A DNA stretch of 64,000 bases from a virus (IMGVR_UViG_3300033069_001940:1-64000); one strand, 5' to 3'; positions 20,549-33,000 are shown, counted from the stretch's first letter. A program made the numbers and translations. Notes: generated from the letters alone by a model not told the origin.

Positions 20549-22588
20549 ATGTCCAGACTAGGAACGCCAATTGGCATTTTAAGAACAGGAACCATTCTTT
20601 CAAAAAATAATAATGGAACTGTTAATGTTTCTTTTAATCAAGCCGGCCAGCAAATTAAAATTGTAACACCTATTCCTTCAGGATGGCTAGGCCCAAACGG
20701 GCAATTTATGGGAGGCGACGCTATTGTTGGAACCTCTGTAATTTTAGCAGAAGTAGATATCGCAGGTAATTGGAAAATAGTTTCTCAAGAGCCATCAACT
20801 AATATATTTAGAAATGCTCAATTAAATTCAACAACAGTTTATCAAGATCAAATGTCGGCCTTAACAAATGGCCGGGCCTTGATGCAGGTTAATAATGGTA
20901 TTCGTTTATTTTTAGACCCAAATGATGGTGTTGAAATAGGAAGCTCTAATAATTTTTTAAAAGTCAATCCAATAGATAATATTATTAGCCATAATGTTCA
21001 ACAAAGTTTAGAGTTTACAGAATCATATAGAAAAATTAGTGGTTCTGTTAAAAGAGATTTAGATCAAAATTCTGTTAGAGATTTATTGGGTTCAGTTTTA
21101 GATTCCCATCAATATGATGAGTTTCTAAAAACTATAGGTATGGATCCAAGTCTATCAACATCTTATAGTTCTAAATTTATTAAAATTAGAAATCCCGCAT
21201 TAGCAGAAACTAGGGAATTATTTTATGAATTTTCTCATAGTTATAATTTTAATAATATTCAAGAAGAAATAGATAAGTATTCAAATTCTAGATCTGATAT
21301 TACAATTCCAGTTAATGATCGGACTGATAATAGAACTGATACTGCTAATCTTAACTGGATTAGACCAAATCATTTAATAGAAAGTGTTAAAGGTACTTTA
21401 GTTGATACGTTTGGTAATATATTAGACATAAATAAAGTGCCACTTTTGATTGGTAAATTAGATAATTTATCGTTAAAAAATAGCACTGATAAAGCCGATG
21501 CTTTTAAAAGAATTCTAGCAGAATTAAGGAAAAGCATTTCATTTCATTTTGAAATTAATGCTAAAAAAGGTACGGAAGATTATGCTAATATAGTTAATGT
21601 TGATAATAATCTTCTTGATAATGTTGATTACTCTAGAGATGAAAGTAAATTCTCTATAGATATTGATAAAGAAGGTCAATTTAAAATTAATATTCCGGCT
21701 TCTAGCAATACAGGAAACATTCCGCTTTGTACTAGAGTAGCTAATTTTGCTTCAATTATTGCCAAACAAGACCCATCAATTAGCCCAAATGAATTTTTAA
21801 GAAGCGAAACTTATCAAGAACTTTTTGTTAAGGATTTTTCTAGCGGGTCAGCAATTGCTTTAAGTTCATCTGACGATTTATTAGATGGATATGCTTCTCC
21901 GCATAGTTTTGTTGATGATGAAATAATTAAATACGGAACAGCTTATCATGATATTACTGATGTTTGTGATAGCTTTTTAAAATCTGCCGGGTATTTATCA
22001 GTGGGTCAGAAATTAGTTAATTTTGATGAAAATCATCATCTTAATACTGATTTTAAACCTTTAGAAAAAATTGTTTCGGATACAATTATTATTTCTGGAC
22101 CTAAAGCTAATGCTGGTGGTAGAAGCGGCAGCATTAACGCTGATGGTTTTATTTCATTTAATATTGGTGCCAATACAATTGATCGACAATCTCTTTGGTT
22201 AGATGCGGCTGGAAGTGTTGTTTCTAGAATTGGTAGAGACAAAAATGGAATAAGCTATGCTTCATCTTTAGATGGAGATATGTTTATTGAAATCGGAGGT
22301 GCTGGTTTAGGAAATACTTTAGACTCTAGATTCTCTAAAGAAAATGATGCTTTTAGAAATGGCACATTAGATATTAGAGTTTTAATTAATGGACAATATA
22401 TGATATTTAGAATGGGACCAACAGGTATTGATATAGTTAGTCCTGGAACTATTACTTTATCTTCTCAGCAAGATATGATATTTAAGAGCAATGCCAGTAT
22501 GAAGTTCGAAGCAGAGAATATTATTATGTATGCTGAAACTTCTAAACGTATAATTAATAGACATCCATATGGTAGAACTATCGGATAA
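20549..22588 (+). CDS. Baseplate central spike (gp5/gpV-like)
   Basis: N-terminal OB-fold-like segment (GTIL....GTVNV...G...G..VIL) and C-terminal short beta-strand repeats (GIDIVSPGTITLSSQQDMIFKS..SMKFEA). Follows the hub. Confidence 0.6.
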   Translation: MSRLGTPIGILRTGTILSKNNNGTVNVSFNQAGQQIKIVTPIPSGWLGPNGQFMGGDAIVGTSVILAEVDIAGNWKIVSQEPSTNIFRNAQLNSTTVYQDQMSALTNGRALMQVNNGIRLFLDPNDGVEIGSSNNFLKVNPIDNIISHNVQQSLEFTESYRKISGSVKRDLDQNSVRDLLGSVLDSHQYDEFLKTIGMDPSLSTSYSSKFIKIRNPALAETRELFYEFSHSYNFNNIQEEIDKYSNSRSDITIPVNDRTDNRTDTANLNWIRPNHLIESVKGTLVDTFGNILDINKVPLLIGKLDNLSLKNSTDKADAFKRILAELRKSISFHFEINAKKGTEDYANIVNVDNNLLDNVDYSRDESKFSIDIDKEGQFKINIPASSNTGNIPLCTRVANFASIIAKQDPSISPNEFLRSETYQELFVKDFSSGSAIALSSSDDLLDGYASPHSFVDDEIIKYGTAYHDITDVCDSFLKSAGYLSVGQKLVNFDENHHLNTDFKPLEKIVSDTIIISGPKANAGGRSGSINADGFISFNIGANTIDRQSLWLDAAGSVVSRIGRDKNGISYASSLDGDMFIEIGGAGLGNTLDSRFSKENDAFRNGTLDIRVLINGQYMIFRMGPTGIDIVSPGTITLSSQQDMIFKSNASMKFEAENIIMYAETSKRIINRHPYGRTIG

Positions 22589-22598
22589 TTAGGAAAAC

Positions 22599-24689
22599 AT
22601 GCCTTGTAGCCCAAATCAGATTAATATAGATCCTTCAACAACTCCTGGAATTCCTATTCCAGGATTTGGTCTACCTTTCAGCCCTGTTCAAATTCCATTA
22701 CCAGATTTTGATCTTCCAACAGATTTGATTGAGGATTTGCTTGGATTGATGCAAAAATTAGGAGCAATTTTTCCTGGCGGTTTAATTAAAGCTCAGCTTG
22801 ATTTAAATATGAAAAGTGTAATGGATTTTATTGCTAAAATTCTTGCACATATAGCACCATTTTTGTCTATTTATAATTTTTTTATGGCGGTATTAAAATT
22901 AATTACTTGCGTAATTGAGGTTCTATGCGCTATTCCTAATCCTTTTGCAGTCGCCATGAAATTGAAAAAACTTTTCATGGAATGTTTACCTCCATTTTTA
23001 AACTTATTTCCATGGCTAGCTTTAATAGCTATGATTATAGCTCTTTTACTTCTCATATTGGCTTTGATTGAATTTATCATTGCTACAATTATGAAATTAA
23101 TAGAAGACTTAATAAGAAATTTAAAAGTCTTTTATGATTCAATTAGACTACATGATTCTCATTCTATTTTAGCGGCTTTACAAAAGTTCGCTGCCGCTTT
23201 GTGTTTTCTACAAAATATTATGGCTGTTTTTATTGCTTTAGCTGCAATAATTGCAATAATAAAATCATTAGCTCAATTGGCTGGTTTTGGTATTTGTTCT
23301 GATGATGATCCGGATGGTTGCTGCCCAATCCAACTTTGTCCTCCATTTGTTAAAAATACACCAGATGGGATTAAAGTTACGAACGGAAAATTAATTTATA
23401 GAAAAGAAATTGGAACAGACGCTTCAAAATTATTTCCGGACATTCCTGATATAGCCAAGATTTTCCCAATCCCAACTACCAGGCCAGAAAGATGGCAGCT
23501 TTTGGATACTTCTATTGAAGAGCCAACTTATCCAATTAATAGTATTATTATTCCAATAATTGGAAATATATTTTGGCCAGATCCGTTGGAATTTAAATCA
23601 GACACTCAGCCTAAAAAAGCCCCATATACTGTTGATTTGACATTAACAGTAGATCCTATAGTTTTAGGCAAGCCTAGCCTAGGTGTTAAAAGAGAATTTG
23701 TTATTAAAGATTGTATTGTGGTTAGAAAGCCATATCTAGGAACTTATGACTATCAAAATAATCTTGTAATTGATAATGTTAGAGGAACTCTTAATATTGA
23801 AGGAGGTTTGGTTTTTGAATCGGATGGTGAAACTAAAGTTATGCTTGATGACAAGCAGGCTACTTTAAATTCTTTTATTTCTCAAGAAGCTTTATCTGCC
23901 GGGTCGGCGAGCGATTTACCAGCATCGGAAGATGGCTTAATTATTGAAAACCTTTCATTTGTTTGGAAACCAAATGCTCCGACTTTGGCGGGGTATAATT
24001 TAGTAACTGTGGGCTGTATTCCAGAAGTCTCTGTAGAAAAAGCAGTACAAAATGCAATTATCTATGCAGAAGGTATTGCTCCAGTTCTAGAAAAAATGAA
24101 AGATACTGGTGTTGCTCCTGATGTCGAAGGAGCACAAGCCTGCGTATCTAATGCGATTGATGAATTAAGAAAAAATATTTCAGAAGAAAGCATTGCTTTA
24201 TTTAGTGCTAATTGTATGTCTTGTATGGATAATTTAAAACAAGAAACTTTAGCAATATTAAATAATGCTTTAAAGGTTGGAGTTAGTCAATTTAAATCTT
24301 CTGTGTCAATTGATACAGATTTGCAATTTTTAAATAGAGAAATTACTGCAAGTGTTGTTCTTAAAGACCCATCTGGAACCTCTATTGCAACCAATTTACC
24401 AGATTCTGCCGCTATTGAAACAGCAAAAAGAATTTCTGCAAACGTTACTCTTGGTAAGATAACAAACTTTACTTATAATGGTGAAATATTTACTGCAAAA
24501 ATTTCTAGTAAACAACCTGGAGACGGAGAATTAAGCGTTTCTTACGATGGAAAAGTTTTGAGTAACGTAATACCTGGCGACAATACTAAAAATTCTTCTA
24601 TTCAGGAGAATGTTATTAAATACACATTTGTTGGAGCCACAACTGAGCCCGCCGTTCGTCGTGATAATTCTGATATTGGAAATAGTTAA
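22599..24689 (+). CDS. Baseplate-region protein with hydrophobic membrane-type helices and C-terminal Ig-like domain
   Basis: Pro-rich N-terminus. Long hydrophobic helices (WLALIAMIIALLLLILALIEFII; IMAVFIALAAIIAII). Many Cys. Big-1-like C-terminal strands (VVLKDPSG...FTAKISS..PG.GELSVSYDG). Confidence 0.5.
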   Translation: MPCSPNQINIDPSTTPGIPIPGFGLPFSPVQIPLPDFDLPTDLIEDLLGLMQKLGAIFPGGLIKAQLDLNMKSVMDFIAKILAHIAPFLSIYNFFMAVLKLITCVIEVLCAIPNPFAVAMKLKKLFMECLPPFLNLFPWLALIAMIIALLLLILALIEFIIATIMKLIEDLIRNLKVFYDSIRLHDSHSILAALQKFAAALCFLQNIMAVFIALAAIIAIIKSLAQLAGFGICSDDDPDGCCPIQLCPPFVKNTPDGIKVTNGKLIYRKEIGTDASKLFPDIPDIAKIFPIPTTRPERWQLLDTSIEEPTYPINSIIIPIIGNIFWPDPLEFKSDTQPKKAPYTVDLTLTVDPIVLGKPSLGVKREFVIKDCIVVRKPYLGTYDYQNNLVIDNVRGTLNIEGGLVFESDGETKVMLDDKQATLNSFISQEALSAGSASDLPASEDGLIIENLSFVWKPNAPTLAGYNLVTVGCIPEVSVEKAVQNAIIYAEGIAPVLEKMKDTGVAPDVEGAQACVSNAIDELRKNISEESIALFSANCMSCMDNLKQETLAILNNALKVGVSQFKSSVSIDTDLQFLNREITASVVLKDPSGTSIATNLPDSAAIETAKRISANVTLGKITNFTYNGEIFTAKISSKQPGDGELSVSYDGKVLSNVIPGDNTKNSSIQENVIKYTFVGATTEPAVRRDNSDIGNS

Positions 24690-24691
24690 TT

Positions 24692-26299
24692 ATGGCATTT
24701 ATACCAGGACAGCAAAAAACATCTCAAATTGAAGATTTTCAATATGTTGAAAATGATATTGAAGCATTATATCAAAAGTATATTGTTCCTATTGATCAAA
24801 TTAGAAGTCAAGTAGGTCCGGGAGAAGGCTTTGATCCAAAAACCAATACAACTACTTCAAAAATAGATGCTGGATTTATTTATGAATCTAGAGTTAATGC
24901 TTTTTATAGACTCATAGGATTTCCTGCCGTCGCTCCAGACGGCAGCTATTATAATACCGGCTACCCAATAGTTTCTGGCGTAGACCAAACAAGTAGATTC
25001 AATACTGATGATAAGATTTTAAAAGATACAGATCTTAAAAAAAGTTTAAACGCCAGACAAGAACTTTTTGCTTTTCAAAATCTTTTTTATTCAGGTCAAT
25101 ATGAAATGCCAGTTGTTATTAGGTCTATTATTATGGGGCGGGTTCCTCCGAAATTTAATAATCTTGGAGATACCGAACCATTAAAATTTGATGAACAAAA
25201 ATATAATATAGACGAAAGAGCAAATGAATTTCTTAAATTAAAATTTCAATATGATGATTTAAATAAATATTTTGATTCAGCTAGTGAGGCCGTCTCTTCA
25301 ACAATAATTGGGGCTAATTTTAATTCTGGAAAACATTTATTAAAACCATTTATAGTTGACCCATCCATTAGCTATGTAGTCTCTCCAGAAGAAAATAGCG
25401 TAGCTTTGCCATTTTTAAAAAATAGAGATTATTTGGTTATTTCTTCTAGTCCAAAAAAAGAAGTTAAAAGACCAGTTATTGAATCAATTTTAAGACAAAG
25501 ATTAACTGCCGTTAATAGTAATGTAACATTTACTAATATTGCTTCAATGTTAAGAATTGACTTAACCCAATTAGATGAAAAAGAATTTAAATTAACAAAA
25601 GATACTGAATATGAAAATGTTACTGATTTAATTAAAACCATAATGATTTGTGTTGATAAATTAATTAGTAATATTGAAATTTTAGACAAGGTTAGTCAAA
25701 ACATTACATGGTTTCCGATTAGTCCCAATTTAGGTCCGGAAAAAGGTGATGTTGGCGCCGACGTATTGAAGCTTGGTACCAAATACGCTTCTGCTTCTGA
25801 AATAAAATTAAACGCTTTAAATTTTAAAAAAATATTAGCTCAAGGAATTTTAGCTATTGATGAAGATTTAGGAGATTTTGCTGGCCCATTTGCTGTTAAA
25901 AGCACAAATGATAAAGTAAAAGATTATGATAATGAAATTAATGCTCTTACAGAAAATAATAAAAAATGGGCAACCATAGGATTTAAGGCATTAAGAGAAA
26001 TAGAAATAATTACCGGAGAAGTTAGCGGATTAGGTTTGATTGATATTTTAGCAATTTATACTGCATTATGGAGTATTGATATAAAGACCTTAATGGGTTT
26101 TTTGGACGATCCATCTTATGAAAGATTGCTCAAGTTTAATCCTTCATTAGAACCTTCCGCCAGACTAGCTTACGGCAAATCAATCCTCAGTTCACTTCAA
26201 GATTTTGAAAAAAGCGTAAAATTAATTTTAACAATTGTTGACAAGCTTATCCAGAATCAAATCCTAAATCCAAATCAAAGAAATAGTATTAATATGTAG
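24692..26299 (+). CDS. Hypothetical virion/baseplate protein
   Basis: 535-aa ORF tightly packed within the baseplate operon; no recognised motif. Confidence 0.4.
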   Translation: MAFIPGQQKTSQIEDFQYVENDIEALYQKYIVPIDQIRSQVGPGEGFDPKTNTTTSKIDAGFIYESRVNAFYRLIGFPAVAPDGSYYNTGYPIVSGVDQTSRFNTDDKILKDTDLKKSLNARQELFAFQNLFYSGQYEMPVVIRSIIMGRVPPKFNNLGDTEPLKFDEQKYNIDERANEFLKLKFQYDDLNKYFDSASEAVSSTIIGANFNSGKHLLKPFIVDPSISYVVSPEENSVALPFLKNRDYLVISSSPKKEVKRPVIESILRQRLTAVNSNVTFTNIASMLRIDLTQLDEKEFKLTKDTEYENVTDLIKTIMICVDKLISNIEILDKVSQNITWFPISPNLGPEKGDVGADVLKLGTKYASASEIKLNALNFKKILAQGILAIDEDLGDFAGPFAVKSTNDKVKDYDNEINALTENNKKWATIGFKALREIEIITGEVSGLGLIDILAIYTALWSIDIKTLMGFLDDPSYERLLKFNPSLEPSARLAYGKSILSSLQDFEKSVKLILTIVDKLIQNQILNPNQRNSINM

Positions 26300-26307
26300 G
26301 GAGCAAA

Positions 26308-26736
26308 ATGTCATTTGAATTTAAACTTGAAAATGGTGATATTAAAATTGATAATGGAGATATTGTTAAATTACAAAATGAACAAAAATTAGTGCAAGAT
26401 ATAATTAAAAACTGCATTTTGCCGATTAAAGGGAATCCTCATCATACTAATCTTGGTTGTGGAATTAATAAAACAATGGTCGGTGCTGCTTATGACCCAG
26501 AATTTACATATGATATGTCTGTTCAGCAAATTAGAAATACTTTAGATATGATTCAACAATTACAAAAAATTCAAGCACAATATCAATATTTATCTCCTGG
26601 AGAGCAATTAGCTGCTATAAATAATATAATGATTACAAGAAATACGACGGACCCAAGATATTACTCTACGGTAATTAATGTACTAACCAAGTCATTAAGC
26701 AATATAAGTCCCAAATTTGATATTAATCCAATATAA
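26308..26736 (+). CDS. Baseplate wedge / sheath initiator (gp25-like)
   Basis: 142 aa with GDI.I..GD......KLVQDI.K...P..GNP.H..LG pattern and R...DPR. Directly precedes baseplate J. Confidence 0.75.
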   Translation: MSFEFKLENGDIKIDNGDIVKLQNEQKLVQDIIKNCILPIKGNPHHTNLGCGINKTMVGAAYDPEFTYDMSVQQIRNTLDMIQQLQKIQAQYQYLSPGEQLAAINNIMITRNTTDPRYYSTVINVLTKSLSNISPKFDINPI

Positions 26737-26763
26737 TAATTGGATATTTAATTAGGTGAATTC

Positions 26764-29700
26764 ATGGCCAAAATTAGAAGTTTTAATGAGCTTGTTTTAA
26801 ATTCAATTGCTTTTTATTCTATTGCTCAACCAGATTTGGATACCAAACCAGGGACAGTAGTTAGAGATGTTTTTATTGACGGTCCAGCGACGCAGGTTGC
26901 GGCAGGTTATGATGAATTAAATAGCGTTTCTGTTCTTCAATCTTTAAGAACAGCGGTTGGGTCCGATCTTGACAAATTGGCATTGAATTGGGACGCTACT
27001 CGTCGAGGAGGGTCTAAAGCGGCAAATATTTGTGTCATGACTTTTAATTCCTTAAATAATGATTTTTTAATACCGGCTGGAAAAATAATTGGAGCTAAAA
27101 ACGGCTCTACATTTATAGTAAAAAACAATTATACTGTTTCTAGTATTTCTGGTAGTTTTTATAAAGCAGTAGCGGCTAAGTATGCATCAGATTTAAGTTT
27201 TTTAAATATCACAGATCAATACGCTGTAGAAATTTTAATTGAAGCTACGGCAATTGGAGCGCAGGGTAATATTTCAAAATATTCATTAAATAAAGTTGGA
27301 ATATCTGGAATTAATAATGTATTTAATGCAATTCCATTTTCTAACGGTAAATTTGCAGAAGATGATAATACTTTTAGAAATAGAGTTTTGGCCATCTTTT
27401 CTGGTTCAAATACTGGAACTGCTACTGGATATGAAAACGCCGCCAAAACTGACTCTGCTGTTATTGATGCTATTACTATTCAGCCAGGCGATACACTGAT
27501 GACCAGGGATGGAACTGTTGTTGAAACAGATTCTTCTGGTAATGATGTAATTGTCTCAGAGGGTAGCGGTGGAAAAGTTGATCTTTTGGTTTTTGGTTCT
27601 AGATTACAAGAAGTTTTAGATGGTTTTATTTATCATGATAAATCAAATACCAAAGACCCGACACATCCTTTGAATGATTTTGTTTTGGGACAAATTAGAG
27701 GAGATGAAAATAAAACAATAACCAGAAAAAGAATTGATAATATGACGTCTGGAACTTTACCGAACCAGCCGGTTAACAATATAATTTCTGTTGTTGGGTC
27801 TATTAGTGGTGCTAATTTTAAATTAAAAACAACAGATGAATTTGGTAGAGTTTCTGGAAACTATGAATTAATTAGAGATACAGGATCTTATCAAGGATCT
27901 CCTTGGAGCTTAGATCGCGTTCATTGGATATCTAATAAAATATCGGGATATCAAGAGGATAAAACAAAAAATTCTTTTAATAATCAAGATACAACTAATT
28001 TTTCTGATGTTTTATCTGTTAATTCTGTTACTCAAGATATTTCAATTACCAATGAAAATAGTCAAGTTTTATCTAGCGACCGTTCTATTATTCAGCTTTC
28101 ACATTATCCATGTAATAGCGTAACAAGAGTTTTTAATGTTACTACTGGTGAAAGATATACTATTGTTTCTCAAAATGTAGATGGGACTGGAACCAATAAT
28201 TTAACTGGTAGAATTAGAATTGGAGGAAAGAGCCTTCCGTCAATCAGCGATATATTGCAAGTTGATTATACTTGGGTTTTTTCTTATGATAGATATTTTG
28301 ATTTTGATAATAAAGAAATTTCTTATAATTCAAGAAGCTCGGGAGATACAATTGATTGGGGCTATTCAAATTTAATAAAAAGAGAACAGTCTATTTTAAT
28401 TGCTTCTGGAGATTTATTAAAAGTTAGTTTATCGCATCCGATTAGTTCTGTAATTAATTGTAATGTTTTTGATCAAAAATCTTCAAGTATTTCTTTAATA
28501 TCTAGTCGTCTTTCTGTCGTAGTGGATAAAACTGTTAATAATGTTGTCTCTATTACAAGAGATAGCGATGGTAGAGAACTATGGGATACTAATACTCAAG
28601 ATGGTGCATTTAGCGGGATGACTATTTATTTGCCTTCAGATATATCAAATACTGCAACAGTAGGCCAATCGGTTACTGTTATTTATAATGCTGTTGATGT
28701 TTTTGGTTCTACGGGCAATTTTAATGAGTCTCAATTAAATATTACCTCAACTAGCCCAGCGTCTGCCGGTAAGTTAGTAGAGTGTACTTATATTGCTAAT
28801 GTTTCTAATTTACTACCATCAACTCTTTTATCATCATTGCCGGCGGTTAGATCTAATAATAAATTTGTTGTTAAAAATAATACAATTGGCATGCAGCCAA
28901 CTTCTCATATATTTGATAATTCTAATATTTATTCAAATTTAAGAATAGCTCCATCTAATCTTGGATTACAAATTAATGGAACTATTTCTCCAGGCAACTT
29001 AGCAATTACTGGAACAACTTTTCATGGCATTTTTGATGCAGTATTGACTGTTTCAAATACAGGATTAAGACATAATCTTTCTAGTTTAATAAAATCATTT
29101 TTAGGTATTAGTTCCGTTAGTTCAATTCCTTCCAATGTCAAAATTTCTCGTGTTTGTAAGGTTGAACTAGTAACAGCAGATGATAATAATAATGTTTTAT
29201 CTTCTGATTATACTTATGATTTAAAATGGTATTCAATTAAGGATAATAGTTTTTGTAAAAACGAATCAATTCAAAATAATTCAATGAATTATTTTGAATT
29301 TGAACTACCTTTTACATCAGATAATTATCAAAATTCTCCCAGTATTGGCGATAAAATTAGAGTAAGTTTTTATATTTCAATAGGAACTGAAGCATCACCA
29401 GATGTGGAAATTCTTAGTTTTACTAAAAGTGGAACTTTGTATACAAATAAAAAATTTGCTTTAGTTAAATCAATTTCTATTTCTAGCGGATTCTCTTCTA
29501 ACTCTTCTGGTTCGGCCACATTGACAGTTTTTAGCATGAATCAGCCATTGGCCAAGTCTAGATATAAAAGCTCATATGAATACTCTGCTCCAAAAGAAAA
29601 TGAAAGAATATCCATCTCATATAATTATGATAAATTAGTTAGCGATGTAACTCAAGCAATTGAAGTGGTTAGACCAATAAATTCTGATGTTCTAGTTAAA

Positions 29701-30009
29701 AATACTAATCCGGTATTAGTTGATGCCACATTAGCAATAGTTATATCTGAAGATTTATCCGACTCAGAAGCATTAATAATTCAAAATGTTATTAATGCTG
29801 TTACTACGAATGTAACAAGCGATAAACTTGGATTAACAGTAGATGCTTCCGATCTTATTAACATAGCTTACTCGGTATCAGGAGTAGATCGTGCTAGAAT
29901 TGTTAAGTTTAACAAATCTGGAAATAATGGTTCAGTCTTAAGTATTTCTGCTAAGAAAAATCAGTATTTAGTAGCTAATAACATTAATGTTTATAAAGAA
30001 AAAAGATAG
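26764..30009 (+). CDS. Baseplate J / gp6-like wedge protein with large insertion
   Basis: PGTVVRD, GSDLDKLA.NW..TR, IPAG, EATAIGAQGNI, EDDNTFRNR, GTATGY and GKVD motifs. C-terminal ASDLI...YSVSGVD. Confidence 0.88.
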   Translation: MAKIRSFNELVLNSIAFYSIAQPDLDTKPGTVVRDVFIDGPATQVAAGYDELNSVSVLQSLRTAVGSDLDKLALNWDATRRGGSKAANICVMTFNSLNNDFLIPAGKIIGAKNGSTFIVKNNYTVSSISGSFYKAVAAKYASDLSFLNITDQYAVEILIEATAIGAQGNISKYSLNKVGISGINNVFNAIPFSNGKFAEDDNTFRNRVLAIFSGSNTGTATGYENAAKTDSAVIDAITIQPGDTLMTRDGTVVETDSSGNDVIVSEGSGGKVDLLVFGSRLQEVLDGFIYHDKSNTKDPTHPLNDFVLGQIRGDENKTITRKRIDNMTSGTLPNQPVNNIISVVGSISGANFKLKTTDEFGRVSGNYELIRDTGSYQGSPWSLDRVHWISNKISGYQEDKTKNSFNNQDTTNFSDVLSVNSVTQDISITNENSQVLSSDRSIIQLSHYPCNSVTRVFNVTTGERYTIVSQNVDGTGTNNLTGRIRIGGKSLPSISDILQVDYTWVFSYDRYFDFDNKEISYNSRSSGDTIDWGYSNLIKREQSILIASGDLLKVSLSHPISSVINCNVFDQKSSSISLISSRLSVVVDKTVNNVVSITRDSDGRELWDTNTQDGAFSGMTIYLPSDISNTATVGQSVTVIYNAVDVFGSTGNFNESQLNITSTSPASAGKLVECTYIANVSNLLPSTLLSSLPAVRSNNKFVVKNNTIGMQPTSHIFDNSNIYSNLRIAPSNLGLQINGTISPGNLAITGTTFHGIFDAVLTVSNTGLRHNLSSLIKSFLGISSVSSIPSNVKISRVCKVELVTADDNNNVLSSDYTYDLKWYSIKDNSFCKNESIQNNSMNYFEFELPFTSDNYQNSPSIGDKIRVSFYISIGTEASPDVEILSFTKSGTLYTNKKFALVKSISISSGFSSNSSGSATLTVFSMNQPLAKSRYKSSYEYSAPKENERISISYNYDKLVSDVTQAIEVVRPINSDVLVKNTNPVLVDATLAIVISEDLSDSEALIIQNVINAVTTNVTSDKLGLTVDASDLINIAYSVSGVDRARIVKFNKSGNNGSVLSISAKKNQYLVANNINVYKEKR

Positions 30010-30015
30010 GTAATA

Positions 30016-33000
30016 ATGGCTAATTTAAGAATATTAGAAATAAAACATTATGAAAGTGATACTATCAAAGTCAGATTTTCTGAAGAATTAGATAGTAGAA
30101 TTAACTCATCAAATATTAGTATAACTTCTTTAACTGAATCTATACCAGATTGTAAAATTGTTTCTGTTGATGTTATTTCTGATTATTTAATTATTTATAT
30201 TTTGCCTATCACTCCATTAGCGACTTATAAAATAGAATTTAAATCAAGTAATTCTGCTAAATTTAAATCAATAAACAATTCTTTCTTAATAGAAGACGGT
30301 AATAGTAATTCAAAATTGATTGTTGGTGCAGAGAGCCCAGATAATAATATTAGAGATCGTTTATTATCATATTTATCTCAAGGCCCTTATTCTTTAGATC
30401 CGGGGACCGTAGTAAGAACCGCTAATGAACATTTGGGGCAATTAATTTCAAGATTTATATATGATATTGGTCAGCTTAAAAATGATAATTATTTATCACA
30501 TACTGTAAAAGATGAAAAGAAAGTTAGAGGTAATGGTCCTTTTGATAGATTAAATGAAGAAGGCTCCTATCAATTAATTAGAGTAGGTAAAGAACCTACT
30601 GGAAATTATGTTACAAAAAGCATATCATTTTCTTCATTCCCAAGCAAGCCAATATCATTACAGCAACAAACCGTAACAGAAGAGATTTTAATTGCTGGAA
30701 GTTCTTCTGGTACTTTTGATGGATTAATTTTAAATTTAATAAAAAAACCTGTTTTAAAAGTCCATAGTATAATTATTAATTATAATAATGGAAGCAAATA
30801 TGAGTATCCTATTTCATCTAAAGGTTATCAGATTAAAAATAACAGATATGATAAATTTGCTTCATCATATTTATTATTAGAAGATAATCAAGTTAAACTT
30901 AATGATTCTGTTTTAGAAGACCCTAACTTTAAATTACCATCAGCTATTGATGAAATATTTGTTAGTTATGATTATAAAAATCTAGGTATTTTTATAGACC
31001 CAGAATCAATTAATGTTTCTGAATTATTAACTGCAACTAGAGAAACTGTAGAACCTTTGGTTACTTCATTTTTTACTAATCATTGTCCAATTGTTAATGA
31101 TGAAGATATTATTTCAAAAACAGGCGGAATATTATTTTTAGATCCATTAGCTAATCCTCCTTTTTCTTCAACGCATCCGGCTTTTATTAAAGAAGTTCCT
31201 CTTCAATTAGACGCCTTGCCATTTAAGGCCGGGGATTATGCTGTTAATTACGAAACAGGACAAGTCTTTGTTTTTGGAGAAGAAAACAAAGATGGAACAG
31301 GAAATTATCCTCCAATAATTTCTTATAATTACAGAAGCAAGTATAGCTCAAAAATAGATTTTACTTATGACCCAGAGACTTGTGAACTTGTTGGAAATCC
31401 AAATCGAGATATTATTGGCAAAAATATAAAAATAACCTTTAATTATGAATTAGTTTTGGTAGATGGGTTTGATTTTAAATCACAAACTCACCAAGAATCA
31501 TTAGATGAAAGAGTTAATAATAAAGTTTATTCAAATGGTTCGTTAAAAGTATCTAATTGGCCAGTTACTAATGTTTTTAGAATTTACAATGAAACTACTG
31601 GAGAAGTATATTCATCTAGAAATTATATTAATGATACAATATATTTTGATTATAAAAAACCATTAAATTTTTCTAATATATTTAGAGAGCGTGTTAATTT
31701 TAAAAATGTTTATGATGAATTATTATTGGTTAGCAGTGTTATTGAAAACAATAATAATATTAAAATTTTTAAGATTAAATTAGGAAATGAAATAATTGGA
31801 GCTAATACAGAAGACTGCATAGGATCTTCTTTTAATACTAGCGTTTCATTTAGTAGAAAAGATTTATTTAATCAAGAGATTTATTTTGATAATCAAACTG
31901 GGTCAGAATCATCTAATATAGATTTACTTTCTGTTGGATATTATCAAATAGATTATCTTTCTGGAATTATTTACCTCGGCGTATCAGATACGCAAGATTA
32001 TGATTTAGGAAATGTTAATTATAAATCAATAAATATTTCAACAAAAAATAAACATATTACTGGAGTTAATGAAGTTTATACCAGTCTTGGAATATCCAAT
32101 GGTGTATCTCAAAGATTTAATGTTTTAAATTTTAAAGATGATTATGTTGTATGTAATTTAACCAATAGGTCGGATGAAAGATTTAATGCTCAAGATGAAA
32201 TGAATCCCTACTATTTTGATAGTGGTAGTATATATTTATCATATGACGCAAAAGAAATTAGACATATTTTTGACCATTATGATTTGGTTAATAATAATAC
32301 TCCTGTTAATTTTGCTAATTCTAATGTTAATATTTTAGGTAATAAATTAAGTTTAGGTCTAGGTCCAGAGAAAAAAGAAAATTTAATTATTTCTAATGAA
32401 ATAACATTAGAAGCTGAATTTTTATCAGACGGAATTGAAATTCAAAACGTTTTGTCAATTAGAAAAGTTTCTGATAATTCTGAATTAAGTGTTTCTAATA
32501 TTTCTGGATATACAATTGTTCTTGATCAAAATATTAACTATCCATTAGCTGGCGAAGAGGTTGAGGTTATTTATAATTTGACTTTGAACGGATCCAGTAC
32601 GCCCATTGTTGATTATGATCATGGCGAATTATTTATTGATTATACATATTTAAATGATGAAATTTTGGTATCCTATGAATACGGGGATAATTGTTTGGAT
32701 TTTAGAGAATCTGAAACTGTATCCTCTGGAGAAACGTATTATGTGACTTATAAAGTAGGAGCATTGAGAGATGCTTTATTAAAGAATTTTGGTTCTTTAA
32801 TAAATATTCCTGTACTTAATCATTTTGATAATTCAATGGTTAGGGAAAGATACAGAGATGCTTTAAGTGCTGCTCTTCAGAGTTTTACTAAAGGCCCAAC
32901 AAAAATATCAATGGAAAATTTGGTTTCAAAAATAACTCATATTAAACCAGAAATAAACGAATCTATTTTTAAAGTTTGGTCGCTTGGATCTAGCTATTTA

